A model generated the notes under the pieces. It did no database searches and was not told where the DNA came from. It saw nothing but the letters and a program-made list of their open reading frames with translations. From Planctomycetota bacterium (GTDB taxonomy: Bacteria > Planctomycetota > GCA-002687715 > DRQF01), in NCBI GenBank assembly GCA_027001995.1, contig JALTLO010000109.1, forward strand, positions 1-50,654: a stretch of 50,654 bases of DNA, written 5' to 3'. Position numbers and translations under genes: made by a program. Below are positions 1-8,131 of the stretch, one piece after another; position 1 is the first letter of the stretch, and every line of letters starts with the position of its first letter.

Positions 1-371
1 TAGCCTATGAGGAACTCATTGAATGTGTTGTTCCTTACACTGAACCGGAGGTGGAAACATTGATCAAGACAACAGGCCAAAAACTCAGAGAAGAAGGCCG
101 AATCCAGGGGCGTGAGGAAGGCCGCATGAAAGGCCGCGAAGAAGGCCGTGAGGAAGGGCGTGAGGAAGGGCGCGCCGAAGGTTGCAAGGCCGCGGCGAAA
201 GCACTTCGGATCATTCTAAACTCGCGTTTTCCCCGAACAACCGCCGAGCAGAATCGTAAGATAGACGACGCCAACCTCGATCAACTGGTCATCTACTTGG
301 AACGGGTTTCGGCGGCCAAGACAGTTGATGAAGTACTTCGATCGTTTTGGGATACCCATGATCGTTCATGA
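1..371 (+). CDS. 3' part of an Rpn-family (RpnC/YadD, PD-(D/E)XK) protein with a DUF4351-like C-terminus; 5'-truncated by the window edge
   Basis: The frame is open from nt 3 (AYEELIECVVPYTEPEVETLIKTTGQKLREEG...). It has tandem EEGR/EG repeats and the tail LRIILNSRF...DQLVIYLERVSAAKTVDEVL typical of Rpn C-termini. Confidence 0.7.
   Translation, partial: AYEELIECVVPYTEPEVETLIKTTGQKLREEGRIQGREEGRMKGREEGREEGREEGRAEGCKAAAKALRIILNSRFPRTTAEQNRKIDDANLDQLVIYLERVSAAKTVDEVLRSFWDTHDRS
90..185 (+). repeat. 12-bp coding tandem repeat, 8 degenerate units encoding (E/x)EGR
   Basis: gaagaaggccga/atccaggggcgt/gaggaaggccgc/atgaaaggccgc/gaagaaggccgt/gaggaagggcgt/gaggaagggcgc/gccgaaggttgc. Confidence 0.9.
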
Positions 372-404
372 ACTCACCGCCGCCAGAGGGCCTACTTTAG
401 TCAG

Positions 405-435
405 TCGTCTTGCCTAGATCGATTTGGCGAGACGA
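405..435. terminator. Hairpin between convergent genes, possible bidirectional terminator
   Basis: Stem tcgtcttgcc ... ggcgagacga (10 bp, one G-U); no U tract. Confidence 0.4.
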
Positions 436-448
436 ATGGGCAGGCAGC

Positions 449-2332
449 CTAACGAACCAGGATGTTGTCTATCGTCGGATATTCTTGACCATCTGGGTTG
501 TGGAGTCCTTTGAGTCTAAGCTGCATGCCTTTGATAGCCCGAGGAGACAAGCCGCTGATTCGAAGCTTTGACTTGCTGAGTATTTTAACTCGCATGCCGG
601 ACGTCCCGAGTTCAATACGACCTCTGGCATTGAGGATTTCTACCAAATTGATTTTGCCTGTGTCCGTCCAGTTGAGAGGGGATCCCGTGGTCACAACGAT
701 GCTGCGGCGTCCCGATTTCTCGAATAGACGAGCTTTAGCACTCTTCATGGTGCCGATTGGACTGCTGGCGATTTCCTCCAGTTTGGCTGGACCGTGAATC
801 GCACAGCCGAAGCGTGGTCGTGATCCCCAGGTTTGAAGGCGCAGCAAAACCCTGTTGGTGCCCTTCTTGAGTGGCAGGTGGAAACTGATCCCCGCAGAGG
901 AAAACCGTCTCCGTGTCTTGAGGCCATAGACTTCTTTGCCATTGAGAAAGATATCCACCGTCTCAACATCGCCATTGAGTTCTAAGGAGTGACTGCCTTT
1001 GTCACCGTTAATGGCAAAGTACAAGTAGAGACCGATGTTGGATTTCCCGAAGCACTCGATGACATCCAATTCGCCCTGCTTGCCCAGTGCTGGACTTACC
1101 CACCACTGTTTTCCGACCTTTTTCCCTGCATTGGGGCGGCCCCGCAGGATCCTCTTCAGCTTCACTTCTTGTCCGTTTCGCTTCATTGGCAGCATCTGGA
1201 ATACTTTGACTTTCTCACCTGATGTTTGCCAACAGAGCTGGTCTTTTTGTCCAGCCCCAAAGCCAAAGGGGCCTAAGTCGCCGCCGTCTGCTCCCATATT
1301 TCGAGCTGCGGAATTGGGCTTGAGCTTGAGGCAAGGGAGCAGGGCAACTCCGGGACCACCCAGATCATCTAAGGGCCCCACGAAGGCGGGGTCTCCGGTG
1401 ATGGCGGTGATGTTTAAGCCTGTTTCGCCCTGAATTCTAGTTCGGTTGCGCCAGAACAAATTGGACTGCATGGCTACATGGTCGATCTGCGTCGAGTAAC
1501 GAGCGTGGAAGTTGGAGAGTCGAAGGACCACTGTGTTCTTTAAGAAGATGGAATTGCGCACCAGCGCTTGGCCCCGTATGGCGGATTGATTGTTAATCAG
1601 GGCGCAGCGCTCGACGATGCAGCCCGGGTCGTAGAGCTGATAACTCAAGCCTTTTCGGTCATTCCCCAAGCCTGTTGTGCAACGGTAGAAGACGCAGTTG
1701 CGAATATCAGGGCTTCCATTGAGCTCGGCGAAAATTCCTGTTTCACAAGAGGAAAATCGGCATCCTTGCACTTCCGGCGTTGCCAAGTTGCCGCTAATGG
1801 CCAGCACTCGACGGTTGGCGTAGGCGCTCCCGACTTCGATCCCTGTGACACAATTGATGAAGACGCAATCGCGGATGCGGGGCGCACCCATGGGTACTTG
1901 AATAGCGGATATAGCCCCCGAAAAGTAAGTTGATTCAATCACCGAGGGCTTTGCTGACTCGTCCTTTGACTGCAAGACTAAACCGTGCCAAGACCCAGTA
2001 GGATTGGCGCTGAGGAAGCGGACAGGATTGGCAGCAGAGCCGACAATATCGACTCGTCCTTTGATGTGCATCTCGACCAACTCTGGGTTCCAGCCACCTT
2101 TTGTCACGTCTCTCTCTGCGATATGAACCAAGGTGCCTGCTGCAATAGAGAGGGTGGACTGAGGGTCAATCTGCAGGTCACCATCCACCAGCACTTCGCC
2201 ACACCAATGGACGTCACCTTTCAGTTGACCATGCAGGCCTTCGGGTTTTGGGTCTTGGCCATAGAGGAATGGTGCTCCCCACAGGAGCAGGAAGAAAAGA
2301 AGAGCCCAGTAAGTCATCCTTTCTTCCCCCAA
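449..2332 (-). CDS. Secreted right-handed parallel beta-helix (pectin lyase-like) repeat protein
   Basis: N-terminal signal peptide; GDLQID..TLSIAAGT and GSAANPVRF..WHGL motifs; repeated I.xC.F..C.TGI units; C-terminal GDPAF...LKPNSAARNMG..DLG motif. Confidence 0.7.
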   Translation of the reverse strand: MGEERMTYWALLFFLLLWGAPFLYGQDPKPEGLHGQLKGDVHWCGEVLVDGDLQIDPQSTLSIAAGTLVHIAERDVTKGGWNPELVEMHIKGRVDIVGSAANPVRFLSANPTGSWHGLVLQSKDESAKPSVIESTYFSGAISAIQVPMGAPRIRDCVFINCVTGIEVGSAYANRRVLAISGNLATPEVQGCRFSSCETGIFAELNGSPDIRNCVFYRCTTGLGNDRKGLSYQLYDPGCIVERCALINNQSAIRGQALVRNSIFLKNTVVLRLSNFHARYSTQIDHVAMQSNLFWRNRTRIQGETGLNITAITGDPAFVGPLDDLGGPGVALLPCLKLKPNSAARNMGADGGDLGPFGFGAGQKDQLCWQTSGEKVKVFQMLPMKRNGQEVKLKRILRGRPNAGKKVGKQWWVSPALGKQGELDVIECFGKSNIGLYLYFAINGDKGSHSLELNGDVETVDIFLNGKEVYGLKTRRRFSSAGISFHLPLKKGTNRVLLRLQTWGSRPRFGCAIHGPAKLEEIASSPIGTMKSAKARLFEKSGRRSIVVTTGSPLNWTDTGKINLVEILNARGRIELGTSGMRVKILSKSKLRISGLSPRAIKGMQLRLKGLHNPDGQEYPTIDNILVR

Positions 2333-3405
2333 TCCAACTTGACGTACTGGTAATCACCGACTTGGTCGTAGCGTTTTAGGTCTGACCATGCCCAAATGCG
2401 GAAACTCCCTTGTCCGGCTTTGAGATCTACCTGAAATTCGAGAACTTTGGCCTCCAAAGATGCATTCCAGTTCTGCTGGCCATCCCGGGAAGATCCAGTT
2501 TGGGTTGATTCACCATAGGTTATGAATGCCTTGAATGGTTTTTGGTATCGGGGATAGGTGGGTTCCACATAGATGGCAACCCCTTCCCGTCGTTCAATCT
2601 CAGTGCTCGATGTTTGGCTACGTCCTAAACCACCTTGGGCAAGGGTGACACAGGCGAAGAGGTTGGTGGCATCGTGCTCGACGCGCAAACTGGTGATGTC
2701 TAATTCTTGGGCTACTTGGTGCAATTCATTACTGGCATCTTGGCGGACGTCCTTGGCACTCCAATCTTTGTCTTTTCCATCTACTACGATGGGGATTCCC
2801 TTGTCAGTACAGAGATGGCGCATCATGAGTGGTTGGTCAGAACTGGATGTTTCTACTCGTGCACGAATACCAATGATGGTTCCATAGCGGCTCCCTACTT
2901 CCTGGATAAATGAGGTGGGGACATGAAAGCGCAAAGTTTTACCTTCGACCTGGGGCTCATCTAAGAGGTCCGTGTGGAGCCAGGACTTTGACTTGCCTCC
3001 GTTGATGCCGAGTTCTCGTTCGATCCGCGATAGCGAGGCGCGCCTAATGGAGATGGCTGCCTGCTCTCCTTTCGCTGCATAATCGTTTGGGTGAAATCGC
3101 GAGCCAACTGAGGCGCGCACCCAGAGTTCGGCTCTATTCATGCCCGTGGCGGGATTGTTGTCACAATCAAGATAGACGTGGAGGCAGGTGAACATACCCT
3201 CTTGAAGTGGTTTCTGCATCACAATGGCAAAGTGAACATCTTTCTTGTCACTTCTGGCTTCAAAGGAGATGCAGTCGTTGAACCTGAAAGTGGCTGCGTC
3301 CGCCTTGTCATCAGCGATTGAAATCAACCCTGACTGGCCCAGAACAGATGCCGACATAAGAGCGGCAACGATGACGCTTTTCAAGAAGACTTCGCAGGAC
3401 CTCAT
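2314..3405 (-). CDS. Secreted hypothetical protein, possibly two DOMON/CBM9-like beta-sandwich repeats
   Basis: Signal peptide; AAGGAG RBS; YLDCDNNPATG and VDGKDKDW...DITSLRVEHDATNLF motifs; overlaps the downstream gene, implying an operon. Confidence 0.55.
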   Translation of the reverse strand: MRSCEVFLKSVIVAALMSASVLGQSGLISIADDKADAATFRFNDCISFEARSDKKDVHFAIVMQKPLQEGMFTCLHVYLDCDNNPATGMNRAELWVRASVGSRFHPNDYAAKGEQAAISIRRASLSRIERELGINGGKSKSWLHTDLLDEPQVEGKTLRFHVPTSFIQEVGSRYGTIIGIRARVETSSSDQPLMMRHLCTDKGIPIVVDGKDKDWSAKDVRQDASNELHQVAQELDITSLRVEHDATNLFACVTLAQGGLGRSQTSSTEIERREGVAIYVEPTYPRYQKPFKAFITYGESTQTGSSRDGQQNWNASLEAKVLEFQVDLKAGQGSFRIWAWSDLKRYDQVGDYQYVKLDWGKKG

Positions 3406-3551
3406 GGATTACTCCTTCGTTGGACACTCTTGGGGCGCCTTTTGGCTCTCTCTTCACCCGCGCCATCCTATGGATCACAGTGGCAGTTACGAGTCAAAAG
3501 CAATTTGAAAGGATCATTCTTGGCAACTGAGGAATCTGCCTCGTTTGGAGA

Positions 3552-3658
3552 CCTAACTCGTATAATTCACGATCTCGCGGCCGCCAGAGGCGGCATAGCA
3601 CCGTACTCTGCATCAGTCGCCTCTCACGACCATGATCTCATGCATGAGTCGGGTTAGG
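3552..3658. mobile_element. MITE-like miniature element, copy 1
   Basis: Imperfect terminal inverted repeats cctaactcgtataattcacgatctc / gatctcatgcatgagtcgggttagg. The right arm is 26/27 identical to the reverse complement of 22491-22517. Confidence 0.55.
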
Positions 3659-3706
3659 AACCATGGTCTCACGATCTCTTCTTCTTGGCACTTTGGAAGG
3701 GAGCCC

Positions 3707-4438
3707 CTATTTGGTTTTGGACGCCAAGTGGGCTGCAATGCTGCCCATCATGAAACCACGGCTTTGGACGTCCTCGAAGCCAAACTCCTGCCATTCTTGC
3801 ATCAATGCCCCTCGATTGGGGAAGCGCTGGGTGGAGCGGTTGAGGTAGTCGTAAGCTTCACGGTCGCCTCCGGCCATCCGAATGAGGATGGGCATTGCCA
3901 TGGCTAAGTAAGCTTGGGAGGCCCAGCGAAAGGGAGCAAAGGATGGCTTCGACATGTCGACGCAGAGAAATTTGCCACCGGGTTTCAGGATGCGGGTGAT
4001 CTCCCTGTAGACCTCTTGACGGTCTGCCACATTGCGGAGGACCCAACCCATCGTTACTAGGTCTTGGCTGGCATCGGGCAGCTTTGTGTCGGATGCCGAG
4101 CCGATGCGGAGATCGCCAGGGCGGCCCAGATTGGCTTCTGCCTTCTGGCGGGCTACTGCGAGCATATTTTCTGCAATATCGATGCCCACGACCTGCCCGT
4201 TTTCTCCTAAGCGCTTGGCTATGGCGACAAAGAAATCCCCTGTACCGCAGCCCAAGTCCGCCACAGAGAAATCAGCTTCGACGCCGGCCCAGTCCAAAGC
4301 GACTTGGCGCCACTTTGTATCTTGACCTAAGCTTATGAGGCTGTTGAGCTTGTCGTAGGGCTTGGCGATGCGGTTGAACATGCCAGTGACATATTCTTCC
4401 TTATCTTGCCCTTTCAGAAGTGATCCGTCTGTTTCCAT
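3707..4438 (-). CDS. menG: Ubiquinone/menaquinone biosynthesis C-methyltransferase (UbiE/MenG family)
   Basis: MFNRIAKPYDKLN..ISLGQD..WR, SAM motif DLGCGTGD, RILKPGG, AYDYLNRS. Start reassigned to ATG 4438. Confidence 0.85.
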   Translation of the reverse strand: METDGSLLKGQDKEEYVTGMFNRIAKPYDKLNSLISLGQDTKWRQVALDWAGVEADFSVADLGCGTGDFFVAIAKRLGENGQVVGIDIAENMLAVARQKAEANLGRPGDLRIGSASDTKLPDASQDLVTMGWVLRNVADRQEVYREITRILKPGGKFLCVDMSKPSFAPFRWASQAYLAMAMPILIRMAGGDREAYDYLNRSTQRFPNRGALMQEWQEFGFEDVQSRGFMMGSIAAHLASKTK

Positions 4439-4517
4439 GGAAGCATGATAAGATTGCGGACCTGCCAATTTCAAGCGCTGGTGCTGAGCTTGGTGTTCAT
4501 GAGCAAGAAAGAGAACC

Positions 4518-5252
4518 ATGAAGAAGTCGGAAGTGATGAAGGAGCTCAAAGCTCTCGCTAAGGAATCCCACAAGAAAACCTATGCCCGCCACGGCATCAA
4601 GGGCAAGGTTCTCGGCGTCCCCTATGCTGATCTCTACAAGCTCGAAAAGAAGATCGGCATCGACCAGAAGCTGTCGGAGGAGCTTTGGGCCACGGATGTT
4701 CATGATGCACGGGTTCTGGCAGCTTTCATTGCTGACCCAGAGACGATCAAGTCCTCCACCATCGAAGCCTGGATCAAGACCGCCGACAACCATCTAACCT
4801 TGAGCTCTATCGTTCTACTCGCGGCCAAAGCCAAGAATCCTTTGGCGCGAATGGAAAAGTGGATGAAAAAGAAACAAGAATGGCATGCCGCTGCAGGTTG
4901 GCATCTTCTGTCAGTCTTGGCCAATAAAGAGGGTGGTCCCCTCGACTGCGAAATTTGCGAGAAATATCTGAAGGTGATCGAGCAAGAAATAGACGGGGCC
5001 CAGAATCGTGTGAAACACGAAATGAACGGGGCCCTCATGGCCATGAGCGCTTGTGGAGCTGGACTTTACAAGAAATGTGTTGCCGCGGCGAAGCGCATCG
5101 GCAAGGTGGTGGTCGATCATGGTGACACAGCTTGCAAAACACCTTCTGCTATTCCTTACATGGAAAAAATGGCGGCTCGACGAGCCAAGAAAAAGGGCAG
5201 CAAGAAAACCACCAAGAAGAAGTCCGCGAAAAAGAAAGTAGTGAAGAAGTAG
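4518..5252 (+). CDS. DNA alkylation repair protein (AlkD-like) with a Lys-rich tail
   Basis: GVPYADL..L.KKI..DQ.L..ELW.T..HDAR and the C-terminal GKVVVDHGDTACKTP motif. Confidence 0.75.
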   Translation: MKKSEVMKELKALAKESHKKTYARHGIKGKVLGVPYADLYKLEKKIGIDQKLSEELWATDVHDARVLAAFIADPETIKSSTIEAWIKTADNHLTLSSIVLLAAKAKNPLARMEKWMKKKQEWHAAAGWHLLSVLANKEGGPLDCEICEKYLKVIEQEIDGAQNRVKHEMNGALMAMSACGAGLYKKCVAAAKRIGKVVVDHGDTACKTPSAIPYMEKMAARRAKKKGSKKTTKKKSAKKKVVKK

Positions 5253-5540
5253 ATGGGAAAGATACGGAAATGGCTGGGGCTTTCGAAGATTCCCTCCCGA
5301 CCGGTCGTTTTCTATACCCGCGATAATTGTCACCTTTGCTCGGATGCCTTGGCTGTCTTGAGAAAATATGCACGGTCTTATTCTTTGCGAATTGAAGTCG
5401 TTGATATTGGTGGGGATGGGGAGATGGAGGCTGAACACGGCGATCAAATCCCAGTTGTGTTCATCGACGGGAAGAAGAGATTCTTCGGTCAAGTTGATGA
5501 AAAGTTGCTTCTTCGCTTGCTCAATCACCCACCCAAATGA
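5253..5540 (+). CDS. Glutaredoxin-like protein (DUF836 family)
   Basis: YTRDNCHLC (CxxC), VDI, IPVVFIDG. Confidence 0.8.
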   Translation: MGKIRKWLGLSKIPSRPVVFYTRDNCHLCSDALAVLRKYARSYSLRIEVVDIGGDGEMEAEHGDQIPVVFIDGKKRFFGQVDEKLLLRLLNHPPK

Positions 5541-5629
5541 GTGAATAAAAATGGGCAGACGCAATTTCGACTTGGACCCGTTATGATGCCAATCAAGTTA
5601 AGTTTCTGGCACAGAGAAAACGAACAAGC

Positions 5630-7489
5630 ATGACAGTCAACAAGCGAAAAATTATCATTCTTCCCTTCGCGCTGGAAGAAAGCGATCTGCGTCAAAAGGC
5701 CGATTATCTCGGACGACAAATTCCCATCTTCTTGCGCAATTGTTTCGAAAAGAAGGAGCCGGGGCGGGTTGTTGCCTCGCCTATCGCAACTGAGAAACAT
5801 GACCATCGCTATTGGGTGGTGCACAAAGATCTATGGCGCGACGAAGCCGCTCGTAGTTTTGCCAAAGAACGCGGTTATGACATCGTCGTTTTTGGCATCC
5901 TTTCGGGGCCGAGCGCAGAAGGCTCGATCCGCACTTTGAAGTTAAGAAGTGTGATGGTGGAAAGTGGCAAGGTTGTCGTGGATAAAACGATCACCGGAGA
6001 CATCTTCCGCATCATTCAAACAGCCCTCGAGGGCATGAGTGTTTACGCTTCCATGATTCCCAAGGATGCCGCGGCTCTTTTTGACCAAGAATCAAAATCA
6101 GCGCCATCTTTCGAGAGTTATCTCCGTGGACTAGATGTTCTCTTAGCATTGCGTTCCGAAGGCATCCAACTCAACAACTACGACAAGGCCCTCGAACCAT
6201 TCGACCGAGCCTTGGAACTTGATTCCGATTTTCGCGGGGCCTTGACTGCTGGGTTGAGTTGCGCTTTGCAGGCCTTGGAGTCCGCTGGTTCAGAAATGAG
6301 CACGGACATGATTGCGGCGACTTTACAGAGCTGGATCAAGAAATGCCCTGGGGATCCTCGTATCTACGCGGTCTTGGCAGAGATTTTTCTTGGGCGAGAC
6401 AAAAAGGCTGATGCTCTCCTAGCATTGAAGCAAGGATTGGAAGAAATCCGTCCTCCCAGTCGCGATCTCTTGAGGCGATCTGGGGACATCCTCAGCGAAA
6501 ATGGCAATCACAAAGAGGCTCTCAAAGCCTACGAAGCTTGTGAAGCCTTGGCACATGACTCAGCCATGGTTGAGCGCATGTCGGCGCTGAATATCATGGT
6601 GGGACGCTCGGACGTTGCGCGGGAGCAACTTGCTCAACTTCTGGAAGAGGATTCGTCGCGGGTCGACTTATGGCTCCGTGCGGGTATTCTAGCCCATCGT
6701 GATAGTGATATGACCACGGCTTGGCTCCTGATGAGTCGCATGTTTGACGGCGATCGGGCTCCAGGGGAAAGCGAGCTAGTCAAGCTGAATGCTGTTTTGA
6801 GCAAATCCAAAGCGGGTGCGATTCTGACCGATCAGTTGCGGACTTGGTATCCGCCGGAGTCGTTCTCCAGTAAAGAAAAGCTCCTCTTCGCCAAGACTCT
6901 GCGCTTAGCAGGTTTGCGGGTGGAAGCGGGTCTCTGTTTGCGGTCCATCCGGGAAGAAACCCTTGACCCCGCTTCCCGCTCGACAGTGGCTCGCGAAAGG
7001 CTCAATCTGATCTACGATGGTTTTGACGCCAATTTTGCTGCCATTGCGAAACGGGTCGTGAATGAAGGGTCAACAGAGGGCAAAGATCTCTTGGACGAAG
7101 CGGTGACTCAAGAACCCCAATTTTGGCCAGCTCGTTTCTTGCGCGGTTTGATTCTGTCGAAATTAGGCGAGTACAAGGAGTCCCTGTGCGAGATGGACTT
7201 GGTGCTAGAAGTGGAGCCAGAGAATGATGTGGTGTGGTACACCCGGGGCTTACAGTTAGCCCGTTTGGGAGAAGACGAGAAAGCTGTTGAAAGTTTTGAG
7301 TCTGCCATCCGCATCAATGGCAAGGAGACAGACTACCATGCAAACTTGGCATTGTCTCACGCTCGTCTTCATCATGAAGATCAAGCTCTTGAGGCCCTGA
7401 AGGAAGTCAAGACCCTCAGGCCGAAGCATCCGGATAATGAAAGGCTCGAACAAGCGATTAAGGACTCCATTCAACCTCCTTGCGAGTGA
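5630..7489 (+). CDS. Tetratricopeptide repeat protein
   Basis: Several TPR units (e.g. VWYTRGLQLARLGEDEKAVESFESAIRING); N-terminal alpha/beta domain starting IIILPF. Confidence 0.75.
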   Translation: MTVNKRKIIILPFALEESDLRQKADYLGRQIPIFLRNCFEKKEPGRVVASPIATEKHDHRYWVVHKDLWRDEAARSFAKERGYDIVVFGILSGPSAEGSIRTLKLRSVMVESGKVVVDKTITGDIFRIIQTALEGMSVYASMIPKDAAALFDQESKSAPSFESYLRGLDVLLALRSEGIQLNNYDKALEPFDRALELDSDFRGALTAGLSCALQALESAGSEMSTDMIAATLQSWIKKCPGDPRIYAVLAEIFLGRDKKADALLALKQGLEEIRPPSRDLLRRSGDILSENGNHKEALKAYEACEALAHDSAMVERMSALNIMVGRSDVAREQLAQLLEEDSSRVDLWLRAGILAHRDSDMTTAWLLMSRMFDGDRAPGESELVKLNAVLSKSKAGAILTDQLRTWYPPESFSSKEKLLFAKTLRLAGLRVEAGLCLRSIREETLDPASRSTVARERLNLIYDGFDANFAAIAKRVVNEGSTEGKDLLDEAVTQEPQFWPARFLRGLILSKLGEYKESLCEMDLVLEVEPENDVVWYTRGLQLARLGEDEKAVESFESAIRINGKETDYHANLALSHARLHHEDQALEALKEVKTLRPKHPDNERLEQAIKDSIQPPCE

Positions 7490-7582
7490 CGCCCAACTCA
7501 AGATTGCCCTCCCTTGGCAAACCTCTTAAGGCCTTCAAGGTTGTGAACAATGCGGGGGGGGGGCTTGTGTTATGGTGAAGAC

Positions 7583-7984
7583 ATGAACTACCGCGCATTT
7601 GTACTTGTGGGCATTTCTGTTTGCCTTCTGGGAGGTGGTTGCGCCACCAAGCCGTCAGGTCCCAGGAAGGTTGTCACCGTTGAGTCTCGGAAACCCATTG
7701 AGGTGAGAGATTCTTCTGGCCGAGTTTCCATCGTCGTGAATGAATCTTCTACAATTGTCGAAATTGATGGCCGGAGGTTCGTCTGCCGTGACTATGCCGG
7801 ATACATTGCTCGGATAAATCCTGGCAAGGGCTGGATTAAAGTCGGGCGGCTGGACGTCAGCTATGACAGCCAGAAAATCTGGATTCGGGGCAAGAAGCGC
7901 TGGACGACCTTTGATCGCTTGGGATCGCAAAGCTATTTCTCCAAGCAAGACGGCTCTGTGGGGCGTTCGGTTTTTAAGGACTGA
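7583..7984 (+). CDS. Putative lipoprotein
   Basis: MNYRAFVLVGISVCLLGGG-C lipobox-like signal; start reassigned to ATG 7583. Confidence 0.6.
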   Translation: MNYRAFVLVGISVCLLGGGCATKPSGPRKVVTVESRKPIEVRDSSGRVSIVVNESSTIVEIDGRRFVCRDYAGYIARINPGKGWIKVGRLDVSYDSQKIWIRGKKRWTTFDRLGSQSYFSKQDGSVGRSVFKD

Positions 7985-8053
7985 GCTACAATCGGCATGG
8001 GGCGAATAGCCGCCTCGCGGGACTTTCTCATCTCATTTGCTCTCCTCCCCCCC

Positions 8054-8130
8054 TGGTCCTAAACTGAGGTTGTACGAAGTTGCGCGATGAGTGGCCTGAC
8101 GCCATCGCCCCAACCCCAGTTTGAGGTCCA
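8054..8130 (+). promoter_or_regulatory. SD-sequestering hairpin in the thiC leader
   Basis: tggtcctaaactgaggttg pairs with caaccccagtttgaggtcca; inner stem gcgatg/catcgc. The GAGG SD (8123-8126) is paired. Confidence 0.5.
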
Positions 8131-8131
8131 C

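Noticed and set aside
90..185. CRISPR-like repeat array
   Set aside because: These are contiguous 12-bp coding repeats with no spacers, and no cas genes occur in the window.
7478..7530. Possible Sec readthrough at other TGA stops near Cys (TPR ...PPCE-TGA, hutI ...SCS-TGA)
   Set aside because: There is no convincing SECIS and no family reason to expect a Cys at those positions.
7985..8060. c-di-AMP (ydaO) or TPP riboswitch upstream of thiC
   Set aside because: Only GGGGCGAAT resembles ydaO; its other conserved blocks and the TPP core motifs are absent.
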